Shown here piece by piece: positions 20,801-34,600 of a DNA stretch of 36,660 bases; positions within the stretch are counted from its first letter, which is position 1; the number at the start of each line of letters is the position of its first letter. The stretch spans positions 1-36,660 of the forward strand of contig KZ539008.1 of NCBI GenBank assembly GCA_000934665.2, written 5' to 3'. This stretch comes from Catajapyx aquilonaris (Eukaryota). The notes below the pieces were generated by a model. It had not been told where the DNA came from. It did no database searches and saw only the letters and a list, made by a program, of their open reading frames with translations. Both the position numbers and the translations under genes were made by a program.

Positions 20801-23800
20801 AGACGTATTTTTAAAGTTTTATGATCGCTTCCACATTCAGCCAGAAACGTAGCAACATTGAATACAATACCGTCGGAATTTGAAGTGCAAAAAGTTATGT
20901 CTACTCCCCCGAGATAAAACATTAATGCTTAAAATACTCGAGCCAGCTTACGCGCCTATTTTTTTGCCAATTCAGAGGCCATTGTATCAAAGCAGAATGG
21001 CTAACAAAGTAGTTAAAAATATATATTATCTCCCGCGTTGCATAACGAACTCGGACATTAACTTCGCACAGGGAGTTTCCCTAATGTTGTTTTGATGCAC
21101 CCTTGTTGTTTTCAAGCACAACAAATACAAGTGGCGTCGAAGGACAACGGCCTTCGTTCTCCTAGGTCCTTGACAAGGTTGTGGAAAGGTGAGGGCGAAG
21201 AAAGGGCTTCGTCGTACACTTTTATAATCGTGTCTAAACAACGAAATGCAATCAGCAATTTGATTACTATGTCTTATTTTTCATCCGTGAAATTTCACGT
21301 AATGCATCAATGTCATTTTTTGCTTTATCATTGCGCTGGGTTTAGCTGCATTGACTTTAAAACAACAACAATAAGGCCAGTCTTATTCGCATCATTTTTA
21401 GTTATAATAATGAAGGTTATTTGGCACAAGTCACGAACGGCTAAGAAGAGACATATATCTCGTTCCGTTTTATTTATGATTGCTGGGGCATGTGCTAATA
21501 AGGTAATTGGTTATATGCGTACGCCTCGTTAGCTCCAGGGAAACTTCAAACTAATGAGCTAGCCATTATTCTTACTTGCCACCTACAACCTTAGCTCGAG
21601 TTCAATGTCAGCGATGACATGCGAAAATGCAGTATTTCCACGTGGGAAGGGCAGTTGCACAGAATTAGGTGTCCAAAAAGTAATAATTCCAGTAAGACGA
21701 ACTGCGTGACTCACAATAGCATTTCAGCGCAATGATAATTTATGTGATGCATCGTGAGCTCATTTGGATGGCTCATGCCGCTGAATTACACAATAAGGCA
21801 AGCGCTGACGTCACATAAATACAGTACTGTATTAACAAAATGTGGCAGCATTATAGTGAAGAATTAGACAACACACGTCTGCTGGACATTATTTTAGTCA
21901 CTGAGGGACGCCTAAAGTGTGATTTCTAAACTAAGCCTCATGATGTACGGAATGTTATCTGATTGATATCACGGATAATTTCCTAAATATACATAATTAT
22001 TAAGTATAGTTGAATATGCCTAAGTATTATAGCTTATAGGAAATAAATGCTGACTGTTTTTGTTTTTTACGCACTCGTATTTCCAAAACAGTGCGAAGAA
22101 AAATCTATCATTTCTTACCGAAGACCGCCGAAGACTGTACAAAAAATTTACATATACACGTACTTAATAAAAACTAATTATTACTAATATGCTCAGTGTA
22201 AATATGGTAAACGGCGTTTATTTCTTCAGCCTAACCAGATATGCAATTTAATATAGGAGCTTATATACGCGACGACGCATAGCCTTGACCATTCACAACA
22301 TAGCAAAAAATAGTCACTTAAGTTACAACACATTAACAAATAGAGTTTTGTACATTTTGTACTTCGACGCTATCTTATTTATATAAATTACTTGAAAAAA
22401 CTGAGAAAACATCCGAAGGTGTGTGGGATAAAATCTCGTGAAGTATGACTCTCTAGTCAGAGCACCTGAATCACCTGTGTGTGGACGTACAGTCTAGTGG
22501 CATATACTATACCCAAGTCACAAGCAATTTGCTACGTGTTTATAGTGACAGCTGGCGAATAATAATAGCACTGCATGCGAAGGCTATATATTCCATTTAT
22601 ACCATCCACATTCCTATATGACTCTCTGCTATTAATACAGTAAATTATTGGAGCCCCCTACTATTTTCTCTTTTTTTGATCAATTTTTATCACTGCCTGA
22701 AAATGTCATGACTTCATGAGAATTGGGAACAATACTAAAAATGGAGAAGTGACTCCAAAAATGCACATAGGATGGGAGGCTTCTTCGTCTCTTATTCTTT
22801 TACGTGCATGCACAAAATTCTTGGCTTGGAATTTGACACTGACGCACTGAAACAATAAATTGTCAGAAACGAGCTAGAAAAAGTCTGGTTTGCGGCGTTG
22901 TAACCAGACTCAGTCAGGTTCGGTATATTTAGACTTTGCCCAATAGGAGGCCCGAACAGTGCTGTATCTGCCACGTCGACGTAGAGTACTGTACACACGG
23001 AGCACCACACGTGCCGGATTAAATAGGAGCACTGAACGCATTGTTCAGACCCATTGTTAACCCTGCTGGCACGCCTACTTGCATTGCTATATTTATGTGG
23101 CCGCCTCTGCACAGAGTGCCTATGAAAACAATAGCACCTACGTATTAACATACATTTCCCGCAAACGAATCAACTATACACAACCACCAATTTCACATAG
23201 TTGAGTCCTTATTTATACATATTCTGTACCCTAACACGGTTGCTCAATGGTCCAATAAACACATTGTTGGCCTCATTGTGAAGAAATTTGCATGCAAATA
23301 AATTTCATCACCCCCATGTGGCGCTGCTATCAGTGCGAAGATTTTTGACTTAAATTGCATCGTATCCACTGATCCATAATTATGTCGATATTGCGATAAT
23401 CAGGTAATCAGCAAGTACAAAAGGTGTACTGGCGTTTGCTCCCACCTGACGGGAACCATGAAAAGCTCACTCGGCATTGTAACTCTTTTTTTTCTCTCTC
23501 TTCCCATTACCACCTCGCCGTTGTTACGCGAAGGTTTCCATGTCCAAGTTAGCAATGTTTCCCACATGACACTTGGTTTAAAAATATGTCAGAAACGCAA
23601 ATGCCACATGAAATTTTAATGTACGTCAGTACCTCTCTAAAAATAGGCCATAAAGCAACATGATGATGCTACCAGCTACTTTATATTGAGATCAAAAAAA
23701 GATGGAACGTGAGAAAACTTCACATCCTTGGACTCCCTGAAGGTCACGTTTTTATCTGCCATATATCTGCAGTTTCAACTTTCAGTACTTTTCCGGAAAG

Positions 23801-26800
23801 TCACTTGAAAAAAATTCGCTCAGTGACGTCGACCCACGAAGATCCTCGTAATAATAATTATTTAGAGAGCAAAGTTAATCTATCACATGAAAATATTGAC
23901 AGGCAAGTGTATATCAGGTTTTCGTAATGCTGTAAGTGTCAACAGAGCAGTGATGGATGTGTGTACGAAGGAAACAAATTTTCCCAATAATCTGTTTGTA
24001 CCAGTTCATTTTTACATTATAACTCTATACAACTCAAAAATGATCGATTACATCCTCTATTTTCCCACGGGACAGACAACACACTGATCTAATAATTTCA
24101 TAATGCAGCTTGCTGCTTATCACCACTAAATTTGATGGCACACAACTGAAAATAAGTGATAAGATAACGTTTTCACAATTTCGTGAACTTTATAGTGTTC
24201 TTGCATTACACTCATTTCAAATTCTTTCGCTGCAATAATTCTATCTTGCAATTCTGACTCGATGATGGTAGATAATGATATGTAAATGCCGTCTAAGCTA
24301 AGAACATCTTACTGTTGCCGATAATAAGATATGTGAATCGGCGGCAATTCCTTCGGTAGTGAAATCAGCAAAATATGCATCTACATACAGGTGGAGTCAG
24401 AAGAAACATACAAACAGCCTCGAATTATTCTGCCGGAATATGCTAGAGCTCCATCCTCGAGTAGCCTAAAGATGATAATTTTCTCAAGTTTTTCCAGCAG
24501 AGTTATCCAGGGATGCTACTCTACAGATAAAACTCTAGTATGGCTGATTATCTTGCGTCAATTGTACTTCTTAATAATATGTACGTCATATTGTTACGTG
24601 CACTCACACACAACATGAAACTATAGCGTCATGATGTAAACCATGCACACACTTTCGTAAACTGACGAACAACTACCAAAGGTAAAGAGAATAAAAAGTG
24701 CAGTGCAGAGACCTTTACAAGTGCTGCTAGTGCTCCTCCATTCTCATCTGGGACGATTGTATCGACGTGTTCGGGTCTCCTGGTCCATACCGGATCTTTC
24801 TGCGGAGAACAGAGGCATGTGAAAATCATAATGCACTTCAGCTCCCTCACTTGACGTCACGAACTATACACACTAGAGAAAATGAAAAGCCCAGATCTGT
24901 GACCTTAGTGACCCCAAAATACCATATGGGCTTACACAGTCTAGGAAGAGAGATTGATGTCTCCCCAGAAAATTTTTCATGGTCATTTTATGAGGAATGT
25001 ACTGTGAAGTGTCTGACCAGGTAAATATACAGGTGATTACCTCATCAGGTATGCATTAATTACATGCGTAATGGCAGGCAGGTTTTCAAAATTAGTCCCA
25101 ATTATTTTACAATTGCGTTGTATTCCGCTCTTTGAATTCTATGCAAGGGACGTCATATATGGTGATTATGTAGCTTTTGCGTGATTTTACATGATGGGTA
25201 TATGCAGGGTTATTATAGTAACACACGCATTTGGTTCATGTTGAGTGATGCCCTGCTTATTCTCATACCGTTTATGGTTATGAGGCTAAGTTTTGATTAT
25301 CATGTTAGAGGGCAGGATGGCTAATATCATGAGGAATATAATAACTATCACTTGTCAAGAAGGGCTTTTGTACATATACACAGTATGATTTATGCAGGAT
25401 ATTCCCTATACCGCCAACAGCAACAGAATCAAAGCTGAAGAGCCTCCCCACAGTGTAATTAAGCCTCAATTTCATTTTGGTCTGATAGAATAATCAAAGT
25501 AATCGCCCTACTTGAAGCAATTACGGCGTAGTTATTGACTACCCTGTGTAATAATATTTCGATAAGCAGCACAATGAATACACTCCACTGGTGTCAAAGC
25601 AGTGCGTTTCAATGTGCGCCTCGGAAATTCAAATATGCTCCAGCTTTTTTAAAATGAAAAAATAACCATATTTTAAAAGTATTGTGTCAACTGTGTCATT
25701 CTAGAAAATCATGGCACTGAAGTTGCACTGTTGCCAAAACAGATCGGGAGGATTTCCTAAGAGGTCATCAAGATCTCATCAGCTGCATTACGGGATGATG
25801 CTATATATCACCTCTATCCGTCGATTACTCCATTGTTATCGTCCATGACGGCTTACACCCACTAAATCACGGTCGCCGTTTACGCAACGGATGAAAGTCG
25901 TTTCTTGCTGCACGCGGATTTGGATCGACAACAAAACGAATATCTACGTATGCCATAATCCGACTGACGTAACTGCCTCCGTCAGTATAAATCCAACCCA
26001 GCGATAATAAAAAGTACGACCCCCAGTTGTATATTTGCATATGCAAACGGATTTCGTATAAGTAGTACATACTGTACACACACGTTTACAACTGTTTTAT
26101 CTCCCTTTCGCGAATGGTCCCTCGCTTTTATGGCAACCATATGGGGCATGTATTCTCGATTGAGAAGACTTGAGCCCATCAAACTGCGCTGACGAAGGTT
26201 TCAAAAATAGTATGGGCTAAAACAGAGGGTCATGGCCTCCATGTTCATGTATACAATCTCGAAACAGACTGCGTTATTCCAAGCCAGTAGAAAGCATGGA
26301 GCCAACGCTTCTGGGAAATGGCCTCCATGGCAATTTACTCAGACGTATACGATGTCGGATGGGAAAGGACGGCACATACATAAGCAGTGTATAAACAGAG
26401 TGTTCTTAAAACGCACAAAGGTGGTAAATAACTTCCCTGCTTGTTTGATCAGTAAGCATGTACCGACAAATGAAGCAGAGAGATTGAAATAATTCAAAGC
26501 GCATTGAAATGACGTTAGCGACGTCTGGAGTCCAGATCGCATTATAAATGAATAGCAGGTACAGGCAGTCTGGTCTCAAGATATAGCAAGTGGCATTTCG
26601 CGAAGACCTTGAAAGATTTTAGCGTCATGAATCCACTCTACTTTAAGAACATCCTGTAAGGGATTTGGCAGGATTAATCCCGAAGCGACATGAACTCCCC
26701 AGACAGTTTTTTTTTTTTACCTTTTGAACTGACCCACTGGACACAAGTGGCTGTAGAAGTTGAGTAATTTGACGTATGACGAAGTCTCGACCAAAAATCC

Positions 26801-27920
26801 GAAGGGCCGACAGCGTCTGTTCCCATCTGGAGAATATGTCTTGATGCCCAGCGTTTCGTGCATGGATAGTCTGGAAATTTGGCCAGTCAATAAGATTCAT
26901 TATCAGGCCAGAGTAGCTATTGGGCATAATTGGCTCACACGGTTTTGCAATGTAAGAATTTCCAAACAAATGTGCAGTGTAGGTGTCCCGATGGCATTAG
27001 TTCTCTCGCGTCTATATATAGTTTAGGCAGTTGCTGCTATAGAGTTGTGTATATAGGGTTGCTGAAACTAGGCTATGCAACAGAATTTCAACAGATTCGA
27101 CTACAAGCCCGTCAAACCGAAACAATGAGTTCGCAGATAAGACCGCAATGGAAGCTTGCAATGTAGTCGTGATTATGCTTAAAAAGTTAGCTCACACTCC
27201 GTTTGGTAAAAGTTTTGCGGACACTCGACCCTGTGACTTCACCTTCAGGTATTGCGTGGAATCATCCATTTCATTGACAAGTCCATTAAATGGCCTTTCT
27301 ATTACGCGTAAGTCATAGGAGTGAATGTCAGAGATTTGTAGATATAGTCTACCGATATAAAAGTGAACTCACATATGAAACACACGATATTTTATTAGTT
27401 TGAAAAGTGAAGGTGTTGCGGTGAATTATAAATCTAATTTGTAATAATAATAAAGTTCCGCCATTGCACGATATATAACATCCGACTGCCTCTTGTTACG
27501 TCTTACGTGTAAGAAGTATAACTTCCGTACACACAAAAAAAATCACGTTTCCCCCCCTAATGCTGCATATTCCCCACGTTTTTGCGTGACTTATGTAAAA
27601 GTAAGATTCCTTGAATAAAAATATCTCGTAAAAGATAATTATACACACTTAAATGCTATACCGTTTATCTCTTTCTGTGCACGTAACCCACTTATTCACG
27701 GTGAATAATCAAGTCAAATCATAATTAAATTCTTTCTATTTTAGTCTGGCGCATGTCCCCCACCACAATTGTTGATGCAGATGGTGACCTTACAGGCATG
27801 TCCACATGTTTTACATACGAGAACCCGCACGGTAGTGGGTGAAAGGACGGAAATTATTATATATATAAGGTGAAGAAATTTACTTTACGGCCGCTTTGGG
27901 GAATGATAGAGGGGATCAAG

Positions 27921-28607
27921 TAGCGCCGGATTTACCCCCCCCCCCNTTTAAGAATTCAAATTTTGTATTGTGTTCTCTCCTTTATTTAATGCAGCGTTTC
28001 TCAAACTTTGCCACATCGACCCCCCCTAGAAAGTAATTTCAGATTTGGCCCCCCCCCCTCCCCCCCAAACCGAATAAGCCCGCCGCAGGCGAAATTTTTC
28101 CCGTTCAAGGTCACACAATCTTAGGTGAATGTAATAACTGACAAAGTACAGTGGAATCCTCCTATACTGTAAGCACATCGGATATAAGCAATAGAAAGAT
28201 CGGTCCCTTCATATTTCCAGCAGTGCCAATGTCCAAGCACAGTTGAATCCGGACGTAACAGACCAGTCTGCTATTATCTGACTGTACAAATCCTTATTCA
28301 GAACTGCACATTTGGCTTTTAGAACTGCACAAATTGTGTAGAACTGTACACTACAGCCAGCCCTGAGAAGTAGTTCTTACGAATCTTACCTCATCAGTAC
28401 GACTTTTTCTGTTTCGAGTCACATAATCTTTCGTAATTTTTGGATTCGCCCCCCCCCCCCCCCCCGGGGGGGGGCGCCCCACAGTTTGAGAACCGCTGAT
28501 TTAATGTTATTTTATTTTAAAAAGATTGAAAGTTATGGCCGCCCTTTGGCACTTACCTTTTCTGCATGTGCCAGTGCCTATTGTGCCTAATGGGAAATCC
28601 GCCGCTG
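27921..28607. mobile_element. Older hAT-type MITE inserted in the 27866-28776 element
   Basis: Degenerate TIRs tagcgccggattt / aaatccgccgctg and degenerate 8-bp TSD ggatcaag (27913-27920) / ggttctag (28608-28615). The uninterrupted host copy at ~9130 reads ggggttctaggcg. Confidence 0.7.
27992..28498. mobile_element. hAT (Charlie-like) MITE nested inside 27921-28607
   Basis: TIR cagcgtttctcaaact / agtttgagaaccgctg (1 mismatch) and perfect 8-bp TSD atttaatg (27984-27991, 28499-28506). Confidence 0.88.
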
Positions 28608-31600
28608 GGTTCTAGGCGACCACTTTGGGTATATGCAACGCCGCGTAGTTACCGAGATAATTAGCATCAAATCTCGGTAACTATGCGGCGCGGCGGTGAC
28701 CCATGATGCGACCAGTGATCGCCTAGAACCCCACTATCATTTCCCAAAGCGGCCATAAGTAAATTTCTTCACCCTATATATCTGTCCATATCCTCCCTCC
28801 AAACCATGGCCACATATAAGTGATCTTGACATACAACACCATACGAGAAACATGTGCCTCAACTAAGCACCTGCGCACCTGCTCCACGTCCTTGCGCTAA
28901 TACAGACGGTCGCGTCGCCAAATTCGTACCTGACCCTCCCGCAACAAGGCTGCCCGACACGTACGGTGGGTTGCAGGATTGCAAGGATATTGTGTGCAGA
29001 GTATTGCCCGAATTTTGCATGTGCGTCACCCCCCGACTATCAAACTGACGAGAACAGGTTTCCAATGGTGTGAAAATCTACCCCCAAGTCCTACCTCCCC
29101 ATCGGTTACGCCAACGCTGATAAGAAACAATTGTTTCCTCTCTAGAAGGAAAAACATGCAGATTATCGGCAGTATTAAAACTGAACTTTGCTTTCACGGA
29201 CAATTGGCGCGTAATGCAGACTGAAACCAAATGATACATCAATACATTGTGAACGTTTTGTACGTTGCTAAAAATAAACACAGCAGCGTAAGGATGTTTT
29301 AATGTTGGGCATGACTTTTTATGGTTACACAACAGTCGTCAGAGACGAATCGGAAGAGGCTTACATGTGCCTACGCCAATCTGTGGTTACGGTAATGGCC
29401 ATCCCATAACTATCTGTAATCAGGGACATCACGAGGTGTCTGTCATTTGGACAGTGGGCAATGTTTTTCAGCCAATTAAGCAGCTATTATATTTAAATCG
29501 TCTGTGTAAGAGCAGAAGGTTCACAGCATTGACGTCAATGGGCAGGGCGTGGTTCAACAGTCCAAAACAAATGAGATGATAATTGGACTGTAATTTAGTA
29601 TAACTGTCCAAAAGTTTCACTTATGATGTGCTGGCTCGAGAATGTCTTTTTATCACTCCTGTAGTAAATTCGCACTACACTATTATATGCGTCTTTCAGA
29701 TAACAAATTATTTTCAGATATAAAACGTTGTAGTTGTAGCTTCTTCCCACAGGCCACAGCACGAACGACCTTTGCAAACTCACTTTTTTTTTTTACCTGC
29801 AAAATTGATCCTGAACGCTGAAGCTCTCTCGGCTAAGAGAAATGACTGTGTGCACAGAGTATTGCAGCAGGCAGTAACTTACAGTGTGGCATGTTTGTGA
29901 ACCTATTATTCGTAAACTGCGTTTTACTGCATGTTGCCTCAATAAATTGCAAAAATATTAAAGCTAATATCATCTTGCTCCACAAAGAGAAGTTGTCAGA
30001 AATTGATATAAACCGGTACGTATATAACTGTGGCGCCCATATTTACGAAGATACGGATCACATTCATTATGTTAAAGCTGCCAACAGCTTCTGACAGAAC
30101 TTTTTATATGGAGGAGAAATCTATTGCCGTTTTTTGTCAATTTAGAAATGTGGTTTGAAACCCTTATTTCGTTGTCGTCGTGCTTAATATATTGCCTTAT
30201 TACTGAAGTCATGGTAAAATTATATCTCCAGACTCGTTAAAAATAACACATGACTAAGCATTATCATTCAAACTGCTGAGTTACTACTAAAAATAAAACG
30301 GGCGAAAATAATAAGCCGAAAACATTTCGAATGGACATGGAACTATACAAAAAGCCACTGTATTTTTGTACAGTACTTGCTTATTCTTTTGTGAAGGGGT
30401 GTATAATATAACACTCTCCTGGGCAGCAGGAAAGGCCAGCCTCTAAAATATATCGAGGAAAACTGTGAAACACGTCAACAAAAGGTGTGTGGACCTGATA
30501 TGCTAATTATGACGTAAACATCGTGTATCGTTTCGTGCCCAGACTTCGTAAATACACGATTCCAATCACTTCTTGCTATTATAGTGTCAGCCGCTCTGGG
30601 CATCCAGACACATGGAGCACTATATTGTGCTTCAGAAATGTTTGCAACATATTCTGGAGATAAGTGAAGGGAGCTAGTTGAGAAAATGAATACCCTGTCG
30701 CTAACATTTCTGGAAATGAGAGTAACAAGTCGAAAAAGACACGCAACTGAAAACCCCGCTACCCTCAACAGAAATAAGGACAAAAAAAATGGCATTCATC
30801 CCAACCACGAACGTCGCTCGCGTGATTCCGGTATACGTAATACCATTCTGGAATATCGGCTATATATATTTCTTCCTCTCTTTTGCCTTCCAAACAACTA
30901 ACCTACCCGAACATGATCTTCCGAGAGGGATGAAAGGGTCGCGACGTCCCTTTCCCCAATCACGTATTCGTGTACAAACTGTACTAGGTTCGTGAGTGCC
31001 TTGCCCAACTTTTTCGTACAGCACACAATGGTACAGTCACGCGAATTGAACTCACACAACCGCACTTGTTCATTATGGGAGAATCTAATGACGTCAAACC
31101 AAATGCTACAATGCACCATTATGTTAGCTCGCCAGCTGTTTCCTCCGATCCCAGAATAGTTAAGTGGTGCAACAAAGAGGTGTACCGAATTGGCCTACCT
31201 GTCCGGTGGCCTGTGGACGCCTGCACTTGAAACATAACATTGGGGCAATATCCGTGGCACTGACTCTGTGTCTCCAACGGACGGTCCACATAGGACCCCC
31301 CATCAGGAAGTGGGTATCGCCAATTTCGTATTGGCCATTGACAATCAAATCGTAAAAGGATGTGGCACTTCCGGTGGGTCACTGTAATTACCAGTGTCGC
31401 ACCATGTACTCCTCATCCCACGCCATTAGCATTATAATTATGTGAGGAGTACACGCCTAACAGCCTTGAAGTCACATCGTGCATACATTATTGCAGATCT
31501 TCAGTCAATGACGACAATCTACGTGACCTTCCCGCCAAATTTTTATCGTAGCCTATAACATGTCTGCCATCACTTTCTGGAAAAACCGGTCTGGCATTCA

Positions 31601-34600
31601 TCTTCTGACTTCTCCAACAGTAAAATCGCAAAAGTTACATTTTCCTTAAGAGTCGTGAAATATACAGCCTCGGAGTAATGGGATTAGCCCTGGGTGAACT
31701 TTGAGAGTTGTTAACCCGATATTTGCTTGCTGGTAATTAACGGCGGTGATTTTTCACGACGGTTACCTTATATGTAAAAAAAAAATATGGCATTCAATTA
31801 AGTTGTAAATCACCAGGGGTTTGACCCCTTCCTTGGAGGTTACATATCATAAGTGGTGCAAAAAAAAAATTACATACTGTGGCTACTTTCAGCCGCTAAG
31901 CACGTGCAAGAAAAACCATCGTATACGTACAATTTGCATGTATTTCGGAAAGTATGCCTGCATTGCATAATGCGCTATTATTTTCTTGGAGGCTTCCTTG
32001 ACGTCAAAGAAACCGCAATTTTCGCGATTATGGCCAATCTGGATAATGTTTTGGATAGAACGGAAGCTTTGTTGTGCCATTCGCATACACCGCTAAGGAG
32101 GAGATAAACCCGGATGTTCAAAAGGGCACACAAAAGCTGCCGACTTTTCCTCGTCCACACCGCATATGTGACCTTGCCCGAGACAACTATTTTGTTCCCT
32201 TTCCATCAATATCGACGCTTTTGCTCAATTTTGTCTGACAAATCGCTACAGTATACTTAGTTCACGTCGCTAAATTGTACGAGTAAAGGGAATTCTCTGA
32301 GAGTGTGAAGCCACTGATTCCAGTCTCATTTCATATATGTTATCTATACATTCGTCTGATGAACTATCGGCAAAGTATTATTGAGAACAATCGTAATTTC
32401 GCATATCCTGGGATTGATACTTCCTGCAGCACATTGAGGCACGCGTCGCAGCCCGCAGTGCAACATAACCACATATTAATGCTCAAAATCGGAATTCCAT
32501 GATCTGGGCATACAGTATAAGCGCTGAAAAAGTTATTTTGTAAGTCTCATGGATAATCAAGTTCGGTATAGAAAAAAAAATTTAACAGTTTTATTAACAG
32601 TGACTCGTCCCGGTATATTGCACTATTTGCGTCATTGGTTCCGGATACACGTGTTTTTTGCTTTCAAACCTGTCATTGTAAAATATAGTCCAACGGAACA
32701 CCTCCGCGCAGTACTTATATTTGATGTTTTCCTACATACACTAAATAATCTATAAAAAGAACATGACATAAAATTAGGTATCCCAATATGATAATAACAG
32801 TGCATTATACACGTATAGATTCACGCGAGACCTACGGGCATGGACTGGCCCATCTTGTTAGCCCAACCTGTACTAGACCACCTACATGCATTTTAGTTGC
32901 ACTAATTGGTTTAACGTGCACACCCATGCAATAAATCACCAAGCAATTCAGTGAATATTTAACAAACTTCGGATCTCAATATTGTTTCGCTGATTTCCAC
33001 AAATTACTCGAATGTCTATGCTCAGATTGATGTAATTGCAGATTCCGCATTCGTATACAGTATAAGAGGTATATTCAGATTCACCCACCGCTGACAAAAT
33101 ACTCGGCATGTTGGACTACACGGAAAAGGCCCGTATTCGTTGTGTTATAGGAATAAGGATGGACGGAGGAAGGAAGGAAGGAGTAATTTTCTGTCAAGTG
33201 CAATATCAGTGCATATAAGGTTCGAAAAAGCCGACATACGAGTCGTACTTGTAATCAATCATACTTATTGTCAGCGTAAGTGAAGCGCTAAATAATGTGC
33301 CCATCAGTTAGCAGAGGTGGGGAGCCAATTATTTATCGACGTAGTCACACGATAGGAAAAAATAAGGAAAAAATACTCGCAAATTAACATATACAGCACG
33401 CATAGCACAGGTGTGTAATCCTGACGTCCACCTTCGCGTCACTTTTATCAGTCTGCCCTGTAATACAGCTGGTTCGCATGCGTCAGTTACAGTATAAATT
33501 CCATATCCTTATGAACATACTTCTGGAAGATTGTGTGGGTATAGATATCTACGCTTATATCTACAATAGCGATGGTATATCGAGTGGTCTGCTCTGAAGG
33601 ATTGTTCGGTCCCGTTTTGTAATGCCACCACTCTTCACCTTCAAAGTCGTCATTGACATGTTAAAATACAGCATTCTTTATAAATGTATTGTATAACAAC
33701 GACGCAATTCAGTCATCTCTTCTGAAGCATATCGATCAGAACATTTTAAAAGACCATTTGATATTGTTAGGACAGCAGGTGCCGCTCAGGAAGTCAACTG
33801 GTTTTTGAAATAAATTCCTTTGCATGCGCCATTAGTTAAATTGTGGGAGTACGTTTAGCTAATGAATACCTTTATATTCACACAAATGCAGATAGGTAGC
33901 AATCTCAACTATAAGAGAACCAACGAGCATTAAACTGGCCTCATAAGTCTCATGGATCCGCATCAGCAATTACGATATGCCAATTAATTTTCTCATAACA
34001 ATTTAAAACAATACGCGTATCAGCCTATTATTACATCTATGAAAGGAAAAGCTTTCTTACTTGAACCTCCCCAATCTTATAAACCAGGAAGTGCGTTGCA
34101 GTGACGTACTCGTAACGTATCCGCAAAACACACCACTGCTCGTCTGCTAGCCGATGTTCGGAAAACCCTCCCTCGAATTACCAGCCGGCATTCTGTCCAT
34201 CCATCACATACACACTTTTCATATACCAGCACTTGCGTCATTAGACCACAACCGGACGCTTGGCGTAACGCAAAGCCGGCCAGAATCATCCAACCTTTCC
34301 CGCCAATGGAAGTTTCAAACACGGCCCCTGTGGCCTCATCACCCCGGGTCAATGTCCCAACTAATCGAAAATCAATTCTTCGCACCGCTTTTTCCACCGG
34401 ATCCAGGATAGCACAGATAGGCACCCTGTGACACAACGGGTCTGTTTTTTTTTTCCTGTTGTCGGTGTGTCCCCGAGACGTGACCTCAAACAACGTTGGC
34501 CTCCACTACGAAGACCTGTTTGACATTGACATTCTCCAGTCTGGTCAATGAAACCCAGCCCACCCCACGCCCACAATAAAAAACAACAACAACGCGATTC

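Larger units (their letters stand above)
27866..28776. mobile_element. Tc1/mariner-type MITE (host of nested insertions)
   Basis: TIRs taaggtgaagaaatttactttacggccgctttggg / cccaaagcggccataagtaaatttcttcacccta in TA context. The interior 28608-28776 matches the 9084-9514 element. Confidence 0.82.

Noticed and set aside
28449..28480. C-run/G-run hairpin
   Set aside because: Part of the subterminal region of the hAT MITE, and homopolymer lengths are unreliable.
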